Assembly: GCA_951406725.2 (NCBI GenBank)
Contig: OX597814.1
Location: forward strand, 141,546,001-141,610,000
DNA: 64,000 nucleotides
Direction of reading: 5' to 3'
From: Octopus vulgaris
Lineage: Eukaryota
The notes under the pieces were generated by a model. It was not told the DNA's origin and ran no database searches. It saw only the letters and a program-made list of their open reading frames with translations. Below are positions 12,781 to 24,794 of the stretch, one piece after another. Each line of letters starts with the position of its first letter. Positions within the stretch are counted from its first letter, which is position 1. A program made the translations under genes and the position numbers.

Positions 12781-13639
12781 TATCCTGACTTTTGTATATT
12801 TGACCGAATTTATGACACTCAATCTTTTTCAAGTCGAAATATACCCGCTCCTACTGAAACTATTGACGTAATTTTAAAAGGCATACCCCGTTCTTTTTAA
12901 CGAGAAGATAAAATTGAATTTATATCTATATAATTGTTCTTTCTGTAATATGATACTGGACAAGTTTTAAAAGTTTTAAAATATCATTTTGATTTTAGTA
13001 TACAGCGTAATTAGTCCTTCCATTTTCCAATCTCATATCTCCACCTAAAAGAAACTCTAACTGACACAAACCACTGTTAACCTCCTCAAATATTCATGTT
13101 TATTGGGACTTAGGTGGTAATGCATCAAGAGAACTTTTTTTTGTTTAAGGTGTTTTAGGAATTTAAATCCTCGCTTGGATATAGATCCAAATCTATTAGA
13201 GACAAGTTACACAATTATTTTGATTGTACACCAAGTAAACATTTGTAGTGTCTGCCTAAAAACTTTTTGCTATCTAGATTTATGTGAAAGTTGTGCATGG
13301 TGATTTGGTTTTGGTACTTTACTATGAGAGCTAATCGTTTTTCTTTCCCAAAGCGTGGCTGTATGAAGGAGAAATTCTCTTTGCATCTATGATGTACCAG
13401 TTTTGATCCTGTTGCATGATATCTCTCTTGTGCAAGAGTCTTCTGTCATAACCTTGGTCGATCAAAGATTTTGAAGGAAAATTGTAGACAAAAGTTAATC
13501 AAAAGATTGTTCTATTTCTCTCTCTCTCTTGTATGGTATTTGATATACCTGTATTTGTCTATGTTGTTCAGAAAAAATTCCCCTGGCCACTGACTTATTT
13601 CTCTTAGCTCATTTTCTTATCTGATGGAAAATAACAGAC

Positions 13640-13815
13640 GTCGAGAGGAAAAGATCAAACATTGGAGATGCAAAGAGCGACTCGCACTTCCTCGTCCTCC
13701 ACCTTCTCTCCCCTGTGATAACTGCTCCCGACTCTTCTATACTATCCTTAGCCTGTACAGCCATCTCAGGCACCAGAGCACTTCACACCCATCAAGATGA
13801 AGAAGCTCAACCACT
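13640..13815 (+). mobile_element. 3' end of an RTE-type LINE
   Basis: Translates PCDNCSRLFYTILSLYSHLRH, matching the terminal CxxC..SH.R motif of RTE ORFs. Confidence 0.6.
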
Positions 13816-14360
13816 GGCTACAAATCTACTGTACGGATACGAATTAACGCCGACGATATAAATTATCTTGCCTTTAAGTGTAAACTATCCTTTCTAATTT
13901 ATAAGTCTCAGGCTCTTGGCTACTGTAAATTTGGTTGGACAGTTGTCAAGCTGCTGACGGTTATTGAGTCAGAAACACATGTTTATGACCGCGTCCTCGT
14001 CTCCATACAATAAGCCTGTCTTTTTCTTAATGACGTTAAAGTTGGAGAATTCTCGAGTCATGAGATTATCTCCCTTTCTCGCGAGGAACTGGTTTTAATT
14101 GCCTTTTGGTAATTATGACACATCCTCTAGAGGTTGAGATAATTTTAATAAATCAAGAATTCATGTTGTATGATATTAGATGTACCTGTATCTAGCTATG
14201 TTGTTGAAATACTTTCCAATGACCACTCGACGAAAATCCTTTGAAACCGCTCTCCAATAACCAAAACCAATAAAAGAATATTAAAAACATGTTACAAAAG
14301 ACAAAAAAATTTTCACTGCATCTCATCGAATTTGAAGTTTCTCATATATATATATATATA

Positions 14361-14400
<40 letters not shown>

Positions 14401-14641
14401 AGTAATATAGCTAGGTTGAGTCGACTTAATGTTATCTGCTTCTAGAATTAAAAAAAAATGTATACGGTAGATGATGAAGGAACATTGTTGAAGAAAAGGT
14501 TGAAAAAACGAAATTGTTGATAAGAAATGTCACTGTTTTCTTAACCATGTTACTATTGTTTTCTCTGTTTTCTCTACTATTTTCAGCATGAAGTTCATTT
14601 CGTAAATATAATCCGTATTCTCATCAAATTATTTCCTATTT

Positions 14642-14699
<58 letters not shown>

Positions 14700-14739
14700 G
14701 CTGTTGTTTCTGTCTGAAACCGTCATATATATAAGATGC

Positions 14740-14793
<54 letters not shown>

Positions 14794-15023
14794 CAACAAC
14801 AACAACAACAACAACAGCAACAATATTCATAAAAATAATAACAATGGCAATGAACAGTAATAACAATAATAATAAAGCGCATGTTTTCTTGTTATTTATC
14901 GTGGTTTCTGCTCGTTTCTTTTCCCATTTTTTTTGTTCTGTTATACGTATAGATTCTGCGTTTGACTAATGTTGATTGGATGGTATGGTAAATAAAAAAG
15001 ACATTATTAATTCTTCTCTTGCT

Positions 15024-15059
<36 letters not shown>

Positions 15060-15097
15060 GCCATCGGTGTCGTCGTTATCATTATCTTCATTATTGT

Positions 15098-15513
15098 TGA
15101 GTGACAGAGCAGCACATACCATCAAGGTGACACTGGGGTACAAATATACGAAGCCCAATATAGCCATCAGGACTTCCCGTCTGATAAGGGTACACCAGGC
15201 ACATGCATCACAACCATATGTGCGCGACATGGTGATCTCATATCAAGATAAACAGTGCATGATCTTGCAGGTGGGGCCCGGTTAGAATTTTCTTCAGTTC
15301 GCGTAGCCCATCCCGCTCAAAAGATCCCTGAATAAGGGTTGTTTAAGGATGATGAATGAAACACTCATGTTTCCAGAGGTGAACCATTCAAACCCCAAAG
15401 AATTCCTCTCAACACATGGCTATGATGCTCCCCCACTACTTCTGCTAGTGATTTGCGATGCACATATCGTCAGCTACTAAGGGACGTGCTCAACTGGTTA
15501 AGGTCAAGCAACT
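15098..15513 (-). mobile_element. Repeat 'X', copy 2 (5'-truncated)
   Basis: Same sequence as the other copies; followed by (TTA)n. Confidence 0.9.
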
Positions 15514-15529
15514 TATTATTATTATTATT

Positions 15530-15768
15530 GGTATGATTCGAGTTCGTTCTTATTCCTGGTAGAATTTAAGTGAGTAGCTAGTTACTACCTATAACCTTAG
15601 GTATCCACAAGCTTTCAATAGTCTTTCAAGTGCTTAAAACCCTTCTGATAATCTTTTCTGTTTCTAAGAGGCAAACTTTCTCTAGAAACTCAACAGGACA
15701 TTCTATTCTAATCTCCTTCAAGCATTTATCTATATTTTTTACTCACCATGTACCAATTATTACAAGCA

Positions 15769-15770
<2 letters not shown>
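15530..15770 (-). mobile_element. Short 3' fragment of a Dong-type element (RLE end + 3' UTR)
   Basis: Minus frame ..VIIGT..CLKEIRIECPVEFLEKVCLLETEKIIRRVLST*; homologous to 21459-21720; (TAA)n both sides. Confidence 0.8.
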
Positions 15771-15831
<61 letters not shown>

Positions 15832-15833
<2 letters not shown>

Positions 15834-15950
15834 CTTCTTTCTTCAAATTTTCTTCCGTTTCTCGCCGAGTGTTTTCCGTACACCTAGGGCAGAGAAGCTC
15901 ATTGTATGCATTCCCAGATTACACGCGCAAATTCACAGGTAAAATATGTA
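15832..15950 (-). mobile_element. Dong-type 3' UTR stub
   Basis: Homologous to the 3' UTR at 22839-22960 (CGAGTGT..CTAGGGCAGAGAA); abuts (TAA)n. Confidence 0.7.
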
Positions 15951-16047
15951 TTTAAAAATTAATAAATAAATAAATTCATGAATGGATGTTGTTGAAATGA
16001 GTCGTTCCAGTTAATACGATTTTTTGCACTTCCTGTAGGGATGGTGA

Positions 16048-16109
<62 letters not shown>

Positions 16110-16144
16110 CATCATCATCATCATTATTATAATTATTATTATTA

Positions 16145-16191
<47 letters not shown>

Positions 16192-16597
16192 GCATTCATT
16201 CTGTTGAAAATACTGTAATCAACACAACAAAAGAAACATCAGCCACCTTGGATTTCTTTCTTATTTCTATCATGTTTGTCTGGCCGAACATATAAATTTC
16301 ATATAGAAATAAGATTAAAAGCTAACCAGAAAAACAATTAAGGGAGAAAGTATAAAAGAAATAAAGGACTTGAAACGGAGAAGAAAATTAACAATAAAAC
16401 AAAAGTACATAAGCGAAAAGAATATGGAAAATAAATTTTAAAAAAAGGTTTCTTTCAAAGGAATCTGTTTCGAAATATAGTATAATTGAAACACACTTAT
16501 ATGAGATGAAATTGGAGAACTGTGATAGAAACTTGACTGATTCTGTCACAAAAAAACTGCGTTTATATTTCCTTACGTTTGTCTCCCTCCATGAGTA

Positions 16598-16652
<55 letters not shown>

Positions 16653-16657
<5 letters not shown>

Positions 16658-17110
16658 GGACGATGCCACAAGAATATAAATACAAAAAACAATAATAGTA
16701 ATAACAGGACAAAAACAGCGGGTGTCTTACGACTTTAGACAGTTCAACTTTATATATATAATACGTATATATATATATATATAAGCACACACACATATAC
16801 ATATGTGTATATATATATATGTTTTTGTCCTGTTATTACTATTATTGTTTTTTGTATTTATATTCGTGTGGCATCGTCCGTTTTTCTGTTCTTGTTTCGT
16901 ATACATTCGATCCTTTTCCCAAGAAATCTATTGCTCGTAGCTTAGTTTTTCCTTGGAGCTGGCCGGATCGGAGCGATCTCAAGATTAATCAGCCGAAATT
17001 GCGAGGATGATCCGGTTCTTGACTGAAGATTAGAGGCTTCGAATGAGCCGTCCTTTTTTTGTGTCGTCTATTTGAGTGTTTTGCGTTCTTGTCCCATTTT
17101 GTATTTATAT
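16653..17110 (+). mobile_element. Non-coding (TA)n-associated repeat with a 65-bp inverted terminal duplication (possibly Penelope pLTR-derived)
   Basis: 16653-16717 is the reverse complement of 16820-16884 (1 mismatch); 16925-17060 is the reverse-complement homologue of 30495-30630. Confidence 0.65.
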
Positions 17111-17122
17111 ATATATATTTTA

Positions 17123-17158
<36 letters not shown>

Positions 17159-17176
17159 TGTATGTATGTATGTATG

Positions 17177-17240
<64 letters not shown>

Positions 17241-17899
17241 CAGAGAGAAAGGGGGAGAGAGTGTGTGTTCACAGTGGGAGAGGGAAATATCTACTGCATA
17301 AGCAAACAGTATGGACCTGTTTACATTCAGAATCTAAATGTAGAAGTATCGAGAAATATGTAAATAAGTCATTTAGGCGCAAAGCTACTCGTAGGTCTCG
17401 AACAGCGAATCTCCAGTAACCATGACAACCAGTGCTACACCGTTAAACAGTGCATTTTTGGTTCTGAGTTCGCAAGATTGCATTCGATGTGAATGCTTTG
17501 AAAAACAGTAGTAGAAAGTCATCAGCAGAATGGATATCAAATTATGATTTCACATATACTACGGACAGTTTCAGCGGTATGGAGTGTGGACATTTCCCTA
17601 CATTTTTCTCCCATGCGTCTCCCATGGGGCACAACAGTTCTTGTTTTGCAATTAATTTGTAGAATGGTTGTATACAGTCTAAAGTTGTGCGTACCGGGAT
17701 CCATATCAGTCATAAGTCTCCGGTTGTGGTCTGTACTTTACTGTGTAGGCATAAGCGCATAGTTGAGCTTCTATCTTCATTATCACTCTGTTGCAGCTTG
17801 TTTATGTATGCTTCCTTTCTCCTGACAACTTTCACCTCCTCGATCGCATCAAGTCATGTCCTTATGTAACATGCTCAAAACCAAATTTCTTAGGAAATC

Positions 17900-18021
17900 C
17901 TTTTAGCTTCTCGAAAGCAAATAATCTACACGCTCAATTCAAGTGGTCCTGGTTCATTTTTGACATTACTCTGACTATGGCGGCTTTCAAAGAATCTTTG
18001 ATGTTATGGGCATGTTCATTG

Positions 18022-18057
<36 letters not shown>

Positions 18058-18100
18058 AACGCTCCACATGTAATAGTCCAATGGATTGAGATCTGGGGGA
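17900..18100 (-). mobile_element. Tc1/mariner-superfamily transposase C-terminal fragment
   Basis: Minus frame (S)PDLNPLDYYMWSVV..VNEHAHNIKDSLKAAIV, interrupted by (CT)n. Confidence 0.75.
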
Positions 18101-18104
18101 TTAG

Positions 18105-18325
18105 ATCTCAAACCAACGACTTTAGAAGAACTTGAAGGGCGAATACAAGAAGTTATGTCTTCCATCCCACAAGAGTTCCTGATAAAATCAGTTGATGCGG
18201 TTCCCAGGTGGCTTGAGAAGCTGGTGGCAAATGTTGGTGCCTATATCAATTTTTTTAAAAAGTTATAAATAATAAATAAATTATACGTATTTTGAAATAG
18301 GGAGTTGCTTTTCAATCACCCAGAT
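18105..18325 (+). mobile_element. 3' end of a second Tc1-like element
   Basis: KPTTLEELEGRIQEVMSSIPQEFL..RWLEKLVANVGAYI, then a TIR-like end TTTTCAATCACCCAGATA. Confidence 0.7.
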
Positions 18326-18423
18326 AGATAGATAGATACACACATGCATACATACATACATTCATACATGCATACATACATATATATATATATACATACA
18401 TACATACATACATACATACACAC

Positions 18424-18499
<76 letters not shown>

Positions 18500-18676
18500 G
18501 TATATATTGATATTTATTACCAAACTAACGTGGCAGTCCATAGAAATAGGACGAATGCTGCTGTTAATTAGTTTCGAAAGGCAATCGCCTCTAGCTAGAT
18601 ATATGAGGCACGAACCTGCGTCCGTAAACCTTCGAACAGGGAAGGTCATCAACTTCCTTTTGATGGCTTGGCATCA

Positions 18677-18714
18677 GCAGATCGGTTTCAGAGTAGTTGT
18701 CCCTTATCAATGTG
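18677..18714 (-). ncRNA. Minimal type-I hammerhead motif, U3-A8 variant, decayed
   Basis: Minus: ca UUGAUAA GGGA caacuac UCU GAAA CCGAUC ug. Confidence 0.45.
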
Positions 18715-18741
18715 AACCAGCGGTCGCATACACACACACAC

Positions 18742-18913
<172 letters not shown>

Positions 18914-21395
18914 TTGTTCATCTGCAAAACACGTACCGAAATAGTGATGATTACACGGAATATTTAATTTGTATATAATTTATCTCTATGCTTTATAAGT
19001 ATAATTATTTCATATTCTATATTAGAATCTTTAAGAAAGTATATACAAATTACCTTCCAAAAAAACTTAATCGCTAAAGACACCTATTTTCTCACGCCTA
19101 CTGGTGTGCTTTTTGTTGCCGTTTTCCGGCCGTCATTCGCAATCGAGAATGACTTGGTAACATCTCGAATTATAAGCATCAAGTAGTTTGCTAGCAACAT
19201 AATTCGTAAGATGGAGGTTATGGGTAACGGACATATTAAATTACCTTCTTTGATTTAGAATAAACTTACCAATGTCACAGCGCCAGACAGATCAAGAAGT
19301 CGTCAAGTTTAAATGTATGCTTGTATAGTGTATAAATAGAAATGAAATTTACTACTTAATATTTACTACTATAATTACAAAAAATGGTGGTAATGGAAGG
19401 TAGTATGAAAAAAGTTAACACAGGGAAGATATTTGAAAATAACTAAATGAAGAAAGGACGTGGATGGAAAATAACTAAATGAAGGAAGGACTCTATTGGA
19501 TGTTTATAATATAATATTACCCGCCTCTATAGTCAGTTTAGAGTAAAACTAAATTTAATTAAATATATTGCAATAGTTCAGGATTAGGATACAGACTAGT
19601 TAAGACACAAGTACTTGGTATGTTACATAAGAGATAACTTAAATAGGGTCGGAGATTTTATAAGAGGACACAAGCATTGATGGGAGCTGGATCTAGCTGA
19701 GTTTTTACATAAAATGTTTATGTGGAAATTTTTAGAAAGTTTTATTAAATAAGTATCAACAACAGATTAGTAACTCGTTATGCTAATTAAATTAGATCTA
19801 CAATCGGATTTCCAGTGCCTCTACCAAGCGCAAATTACAGCTACCAACAATACACCTCCAACAATAGACCGAGAAACTGAATAGTCTATATTTCTCCCTT
19901 TGATGTCACAGATGAACTTAGCCAGCAAAATGTTGCCTTGGTTTTTTTTTTGTCTTTAAAACAGTAAAATGTTATGTAATCTGGTCTTGAGTTTCAATCC
20001 TACCAGCCTTGATCTGGTTGAACATCGAGGATATGACGGAAGAACATACAAAACAAATTTGAGAAAAAATTATAGTTGATAAATAAATAAATAAATATTT
20101 AAATGGTATTCATTTCAGCTCAGTAGAGTGAAGGATTGTAAAACATAGTACCATGCTCAATGCCTAAACCAGTAATCAAATCCACAACCTTATGTTAATG
20201 GGTCCAATACTTTAAACACTTGGCCACTGTACAATGTTGCATATTTACTGAATGATATACATCCTATTAATTCAGGGAAACAGAGGCTGTTTAGTAGCAG
20301 TGAGAGGAGTACAGAAAAAGAAGAGGAAAACAACATCTGTGAGATAGTGATTTTTGTTATTGTTTTACCACATGTAAAAGTTGATTGAGCAGATGTCTAT
20401 CATCAATGGTACTACAGCTGTAAAAATCTCGGGCTATACTGTCCTTCCTTTTTCGAGACTACAGAGTGTAGTTTCGAAGATATTGGTCACTATTTTTAAC
20501 AAGCTAAGTGACTACGTTGAGATTTTCTCGTTGACTTATATGGATTAATGATTACAGCGTATTAGTGAATGTGTCTTTTTAAGTAAAGAACAAACATAAC
20601 AGAAGGGAGCGCGAAAAAAATTAATGAACGTTTATGTATATGCTAAAAAGTCTGCATTTATCGTTGATGGTATTTTGTACTGGGTCAGCCTCAGTGGAAG
20701 AGCTGATCAGAATAGTCCAGCCACAACTTTTTTCAGGCAGAGTGTTATCTGTTACTATGTTAATAAATGCTTTGCCTTTTCTCTTTTTTTAAGACGGCTG
20801 TTTGAATAGAGAAATAGTTGACTGCTATTTCTAGTAGTTTGAGCAGCCGTGCATGTAATCCCTCGTTAGCTCTGCGAGAATTCTAGTTAAAATGGTGTCA
20901 TTTAATACAAGTAGAAACAACTGCCACTTCTAAAACCCCACGAGGAAAGAAATCCTTCGGATACTCTGTATCTGCTAAACACAACTAACTTAGGCAAATC
21001 AAAGAATACCGAATTAGTGACAGAACAGCTCGAAGCTAAAACGGAAATTCGATTCCTATATGGAATTAACTATGTTTGAATTTCAGTGCATACTTTACAA
21101 AATGACAGCTGGAAGTGACCTAGGAACAATGAAAGTGGAATGCTTGAATTCCGTTCTAAACATTAACGATAATCGAATTTAGCTTTAATTCTATTGTATA
21201 CATGATAAGAAAATCACATTTAGTTTCTTCCTTATCCTAAAGACAGTCGTAAAGTGGATGCACGCTTTTGGATGTGTGTAGCATGGGAATGAGAGAAGAT
21301 AGAAAAAGAGATTGTATATACATAAGAATTTATTTATTATTTATTATTTATTATTATTATTATTATTATCATTATTATTATTATTATTATTATTA

Positions 21396-21457
<62 letters not shown>

Positions 21458-21458
21458 T

Positions 21459-21720
21459 TGGTTTTGCTCAGGTTCGGTCTTATTCCTGGTAGGAATTATG
21501 TGGATATTACCTGTAACCTTAGGTATCCGCAAGTTTTCAGCAGACTTTCAAATACTTAGAACCCTGCTGATAATCCTTGCTGTCCCCAAGAAACAAACTT
21601 TCTGTGGGAGCCCTACTGAGCATTCTGTTTCAATCTCCTTCAGCAATTTGTCTATATCATGGCTTACTGTTCCCAACGCACCAATTAATATAAGCACGAC
21701 CTTTACTGTTACTCCAAATT
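21459..21720 (-). mobile_element. Dong-type 3' fragment
   Basis: Minus frame VLILIGALGTVS..QKVCFLGTARIISRVLSI*; (TAA)n tail. Confidence 0.82.
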
Positions 21721-21770
21721 CTTACTATTTCAGTATTATCATTATTATTATTGTTGTTGTTGTTATTATT

Positions 21771-21856
<86 letters not shown>

Positions 21857-21857
21857 T

Positions 21858-22065
21858 AAGGCAGCGTGCCGGTAGAATCGCTAGCGCGTTGGGAAAAAGG
21901 CTTAGCGGCATTGCTTCTGGCTCTTTGCCATCTCAGTTAAAATCCTGCAGAAAATGATTTTGCTTTACATCCTACCGGGGTCGTTGAAATAAGTACCGGT
22001 TAAGCACTGGGGGCGAGGTTGATGTAATCGACTAGCTCCTTCCTCCATAATTTCAGTACTATGCC
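21858..22065 (+). mobile_element. SINE family B copy
   Basis: AAGGCAGCGTGCCGGTAGAATCGCTAGC...GATGTAATCGACTAG. Confidence 0.8.
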
Positions 22066-22238
22066 CATCCCACACAAGCCAAACCTTCGTACTCTTATTA
22101 ATAGCGGTTCTGTGGTATTTTTACATACCATGCTATGTTGTTTTCTTCTGCCCTAATGCTGCGTTCGCATCCAATTAGTCCTTTTCCCCCTCTTTTTCTT
22201 GCTACATACAGTCTGTCTATTATTATTATTATTATTAT

Positions 22239-22743
22239 TGAGTGAGAGAGCAGTTCATGTCATCAAAGTGACACTGGGGTAAAATATACGAAGCCCAATA
22301 TACCCATCATGACTACCCGTCTGATAAGCGTACACTAGGCACATGCATCACAACCATATGTGCGCGACATGGTGATCTCATATCAAGATAAACAGAACAT
22401 GACCTTGCAGGTGGGGCCCAGTTAGAATTTTTTCTTCAGGTTGAGTAGCCCATCCCGCTCAAACGGTTCCTGAATAAGGGTTGTTTAAGGATGTTGAAAG
22501 AATCACCCATGTTTCCAGAGGTGAATTATTCAAACCCCAAAGAATCCTTCTCAACACATGGCTATGATGCTCCCCCACTACTTCTACTCGTGATCAGAGA
22601 TGCACATATCGTCAGCCACTAAGGGGCATGCTCAACTGGTTAAGGTCAAACAACTGACAAGCAAATCTGTGGTATTGAGCAGAATATTTGCTGTAGCCCA
22701 TCTTTTATACCAAGACAAAACAATGTACATGATAACACTTCCA
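22239..22743 (-). mobile_element. Repeat 'X', copy 3
   Basis: Same sequence; (ATT)n both sides. Confidence 0.92.
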
Positions 22744-22755
22744 TTATTATTACTA

Positions 22756-22838
<83 letters not shown>

Positions 22839-24793
22839 GGAATATTCTTTCAATTTTGTTTCTATTTCTTGTCGAGTGTCTTCTTGACAACTAGGGCAGA
22901 GAAACGCACTGTATACATTTGTAGGCCAGTAAAACAAACACACCAGATTGTTCATTTACAGAGTAATGTGATAGAGAAAAAAAGGAAGACAAGGAGAGAA
23001 AGGAAAAAATGAAATTAGAAAAGTAAACAAATAAAATAAAAGGGGGAAAAGGAAAGAAAGTTCACAGCGACAATGCTCTTCTCAATACGTGTGACGTAGC
23101 AGTTAAGACAAACTTTTGCACTTCCTGCATGCATGGTAAGCCATGGATCATTCTTAAATAATTTTCACTTCCTTTTTTGATCATTCCAAGTACTCCTACA
23201 ATCACTGGTATTGTAACCGTCTTGAGATGCCACATCTTTTCAGTTTCAATTAGCAAATCTTTATATTTTCTGAGCTTATCAAATTATTTTGCTGAGATAT
23301 TATGGGCACAGATTATGCTCATGTTAATCAATAAACAGACTTTATTGCTTTTGTTTTTCACACCATCTGGTTTATTTGCCTTGATGGCCCAGTCTGTACA
23401 TACTGAGAAGTTCCAAAGAATAGTTATATTTTCTCCCTCAGATATATGCCTCAGTTTGTTGCTTGTACTATTTGTCAGAAGTTTTTATTTTATAATGCCG
23501 ACACATTATCCAATGTAGATATTGGCCAACTCTGTCATGTCTTGATTTTTACTCTACAAGTGCTAAAATCATACATCCAGAGATTAAGTGGCCCACTGTT
23601 CCTATCCCATCGTTGCAATATCGGCACTTTGGATCTACACCATTTTTCATCACATTGGCTTGATAGTTCCGGGTCAATTAGCTCTGATCTTGAGCAGCTA
23701 AGATAAAGCCTTTACTCTCTGTCTTTAGCCCTGAGCTCCGTAGCCATTGATGGGTGTGCTTCTGGTCCATATTTGCCATGCAGAGGTTTTTGTTCCCGCC
23801 TATCAGCCAATTGTTCGAGCGCATTTTGCTTTGCTATTGATTTCACCTTTGCAACTACAGTTGCTGTACTTCCTTCATATTACTCAACCTGGGTATTATG
23901 CATAAACTCATTTGAAAATTTGTTGCTTTCTTTCATAACAGAATGAAGCTTCTTACGTCTTCCATGGTTTTCAACGAGCTTTAGCATCCAGTCGTTAGAT
24001 GTTTCAAGATATTTTGACAGTCCAATTGTGGTGACTTTGTAAAAGATTTCAGATTGGACCAAGCCTCGATCTCCTTGAGCTCTGGATAGGTAAAGACGAT
24101 CTGTGTCTGCTTTTGGGTGGTACATCTTATTGCAAGTCAGCAGCTTACGGATTTTCTTGTCAATCTTCCTCATTTCGCTCATATTCCAGTTTCACACATT
24201 GAAACTGTAAACAACAACCGGAACTGCTAAGGAATTTATAGCTAAACCTTTTTGCATGCATTTAACTCGGATTTTAGGACTGCTCGAACACTCCTGTAGC
24301 ACTCCTTCCTGATCTTTTCTTTCATACTTGCATGTTGAATGTCAGAGCCCTCATTTATTCCGAGGTTTTTGTAAGTTTGTTCCTGTTCGGGTTCTTTTAT
24401 GACTGTGTCAACATCCAACACCACTGAATGTGAGGTCTTCAGTTTCCCTTCCTGGAAAGTGTCCTTGGAACATTTATCAAGACCAAATTTCATTCCAATG
24501 TCATCATTGACTGCTTCCACAGTACGTAGTAATGCTTCAAACTCATTATCGTCCTTGCCATAGAGTTTTAAGTCATCCATATAAAATAGATGACTTATTT
24601 TCTTGTCGTCGATTTTATACCCATACTCTGTTCTGTTAAGTTCACTTGTAAGGGGTATTAAGGCTATGCAGAAAATTAACGGTGAAAATATGTCACCTTG
24701 GAAAATTGTGCAGTTGATATTAATATTTTTTGTGGTCGGTACTCCATTAGAGTGGTATAATTGAAGAATCGTGTTCCACATTGACATGTACAT
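22839..24793 (-). mobile_element. R4/Dong-type element, 5'-truncated within RT, degenerate
   Basis: IFQGDIFSPLIF, YMDDLKLY, FGLDKC, HPKADTDRLY, IPVIVGVLG..LRRALSL, 3' UTR and (TAA)n tail. Confidence 0.93.
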
Positions 24794-24794
24794 T

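Noticed and set aside
12184-12832. Many ORFs rich in YI/CV/HT/poly-L/poly-N (here and throughout)
   Set aside because: Translations of microsatellites
12990-13620. Possible very old L1-type RT remnant (minus)
   Set aside because: Only faint motif resemblance; cannot be supported by eye
17020-17055. CTGAAGA..CGAAT..GTC as a hammerhead
   Set aside because: Stem I and stem III cannot be formed; GAAA is absent in both copies
17480-17870. Possible PLE endonuclease tail and CTGATGA motif (minus)
   Set aside because: Too degenerate; no GAAA or stems
19435-19491. 25-bp tandem duplication GAAAATAACTAAATGAAG(A/G)AAGGAC
   Set aside because: Two units only; ordinary slippage, not a CRISPR-like array
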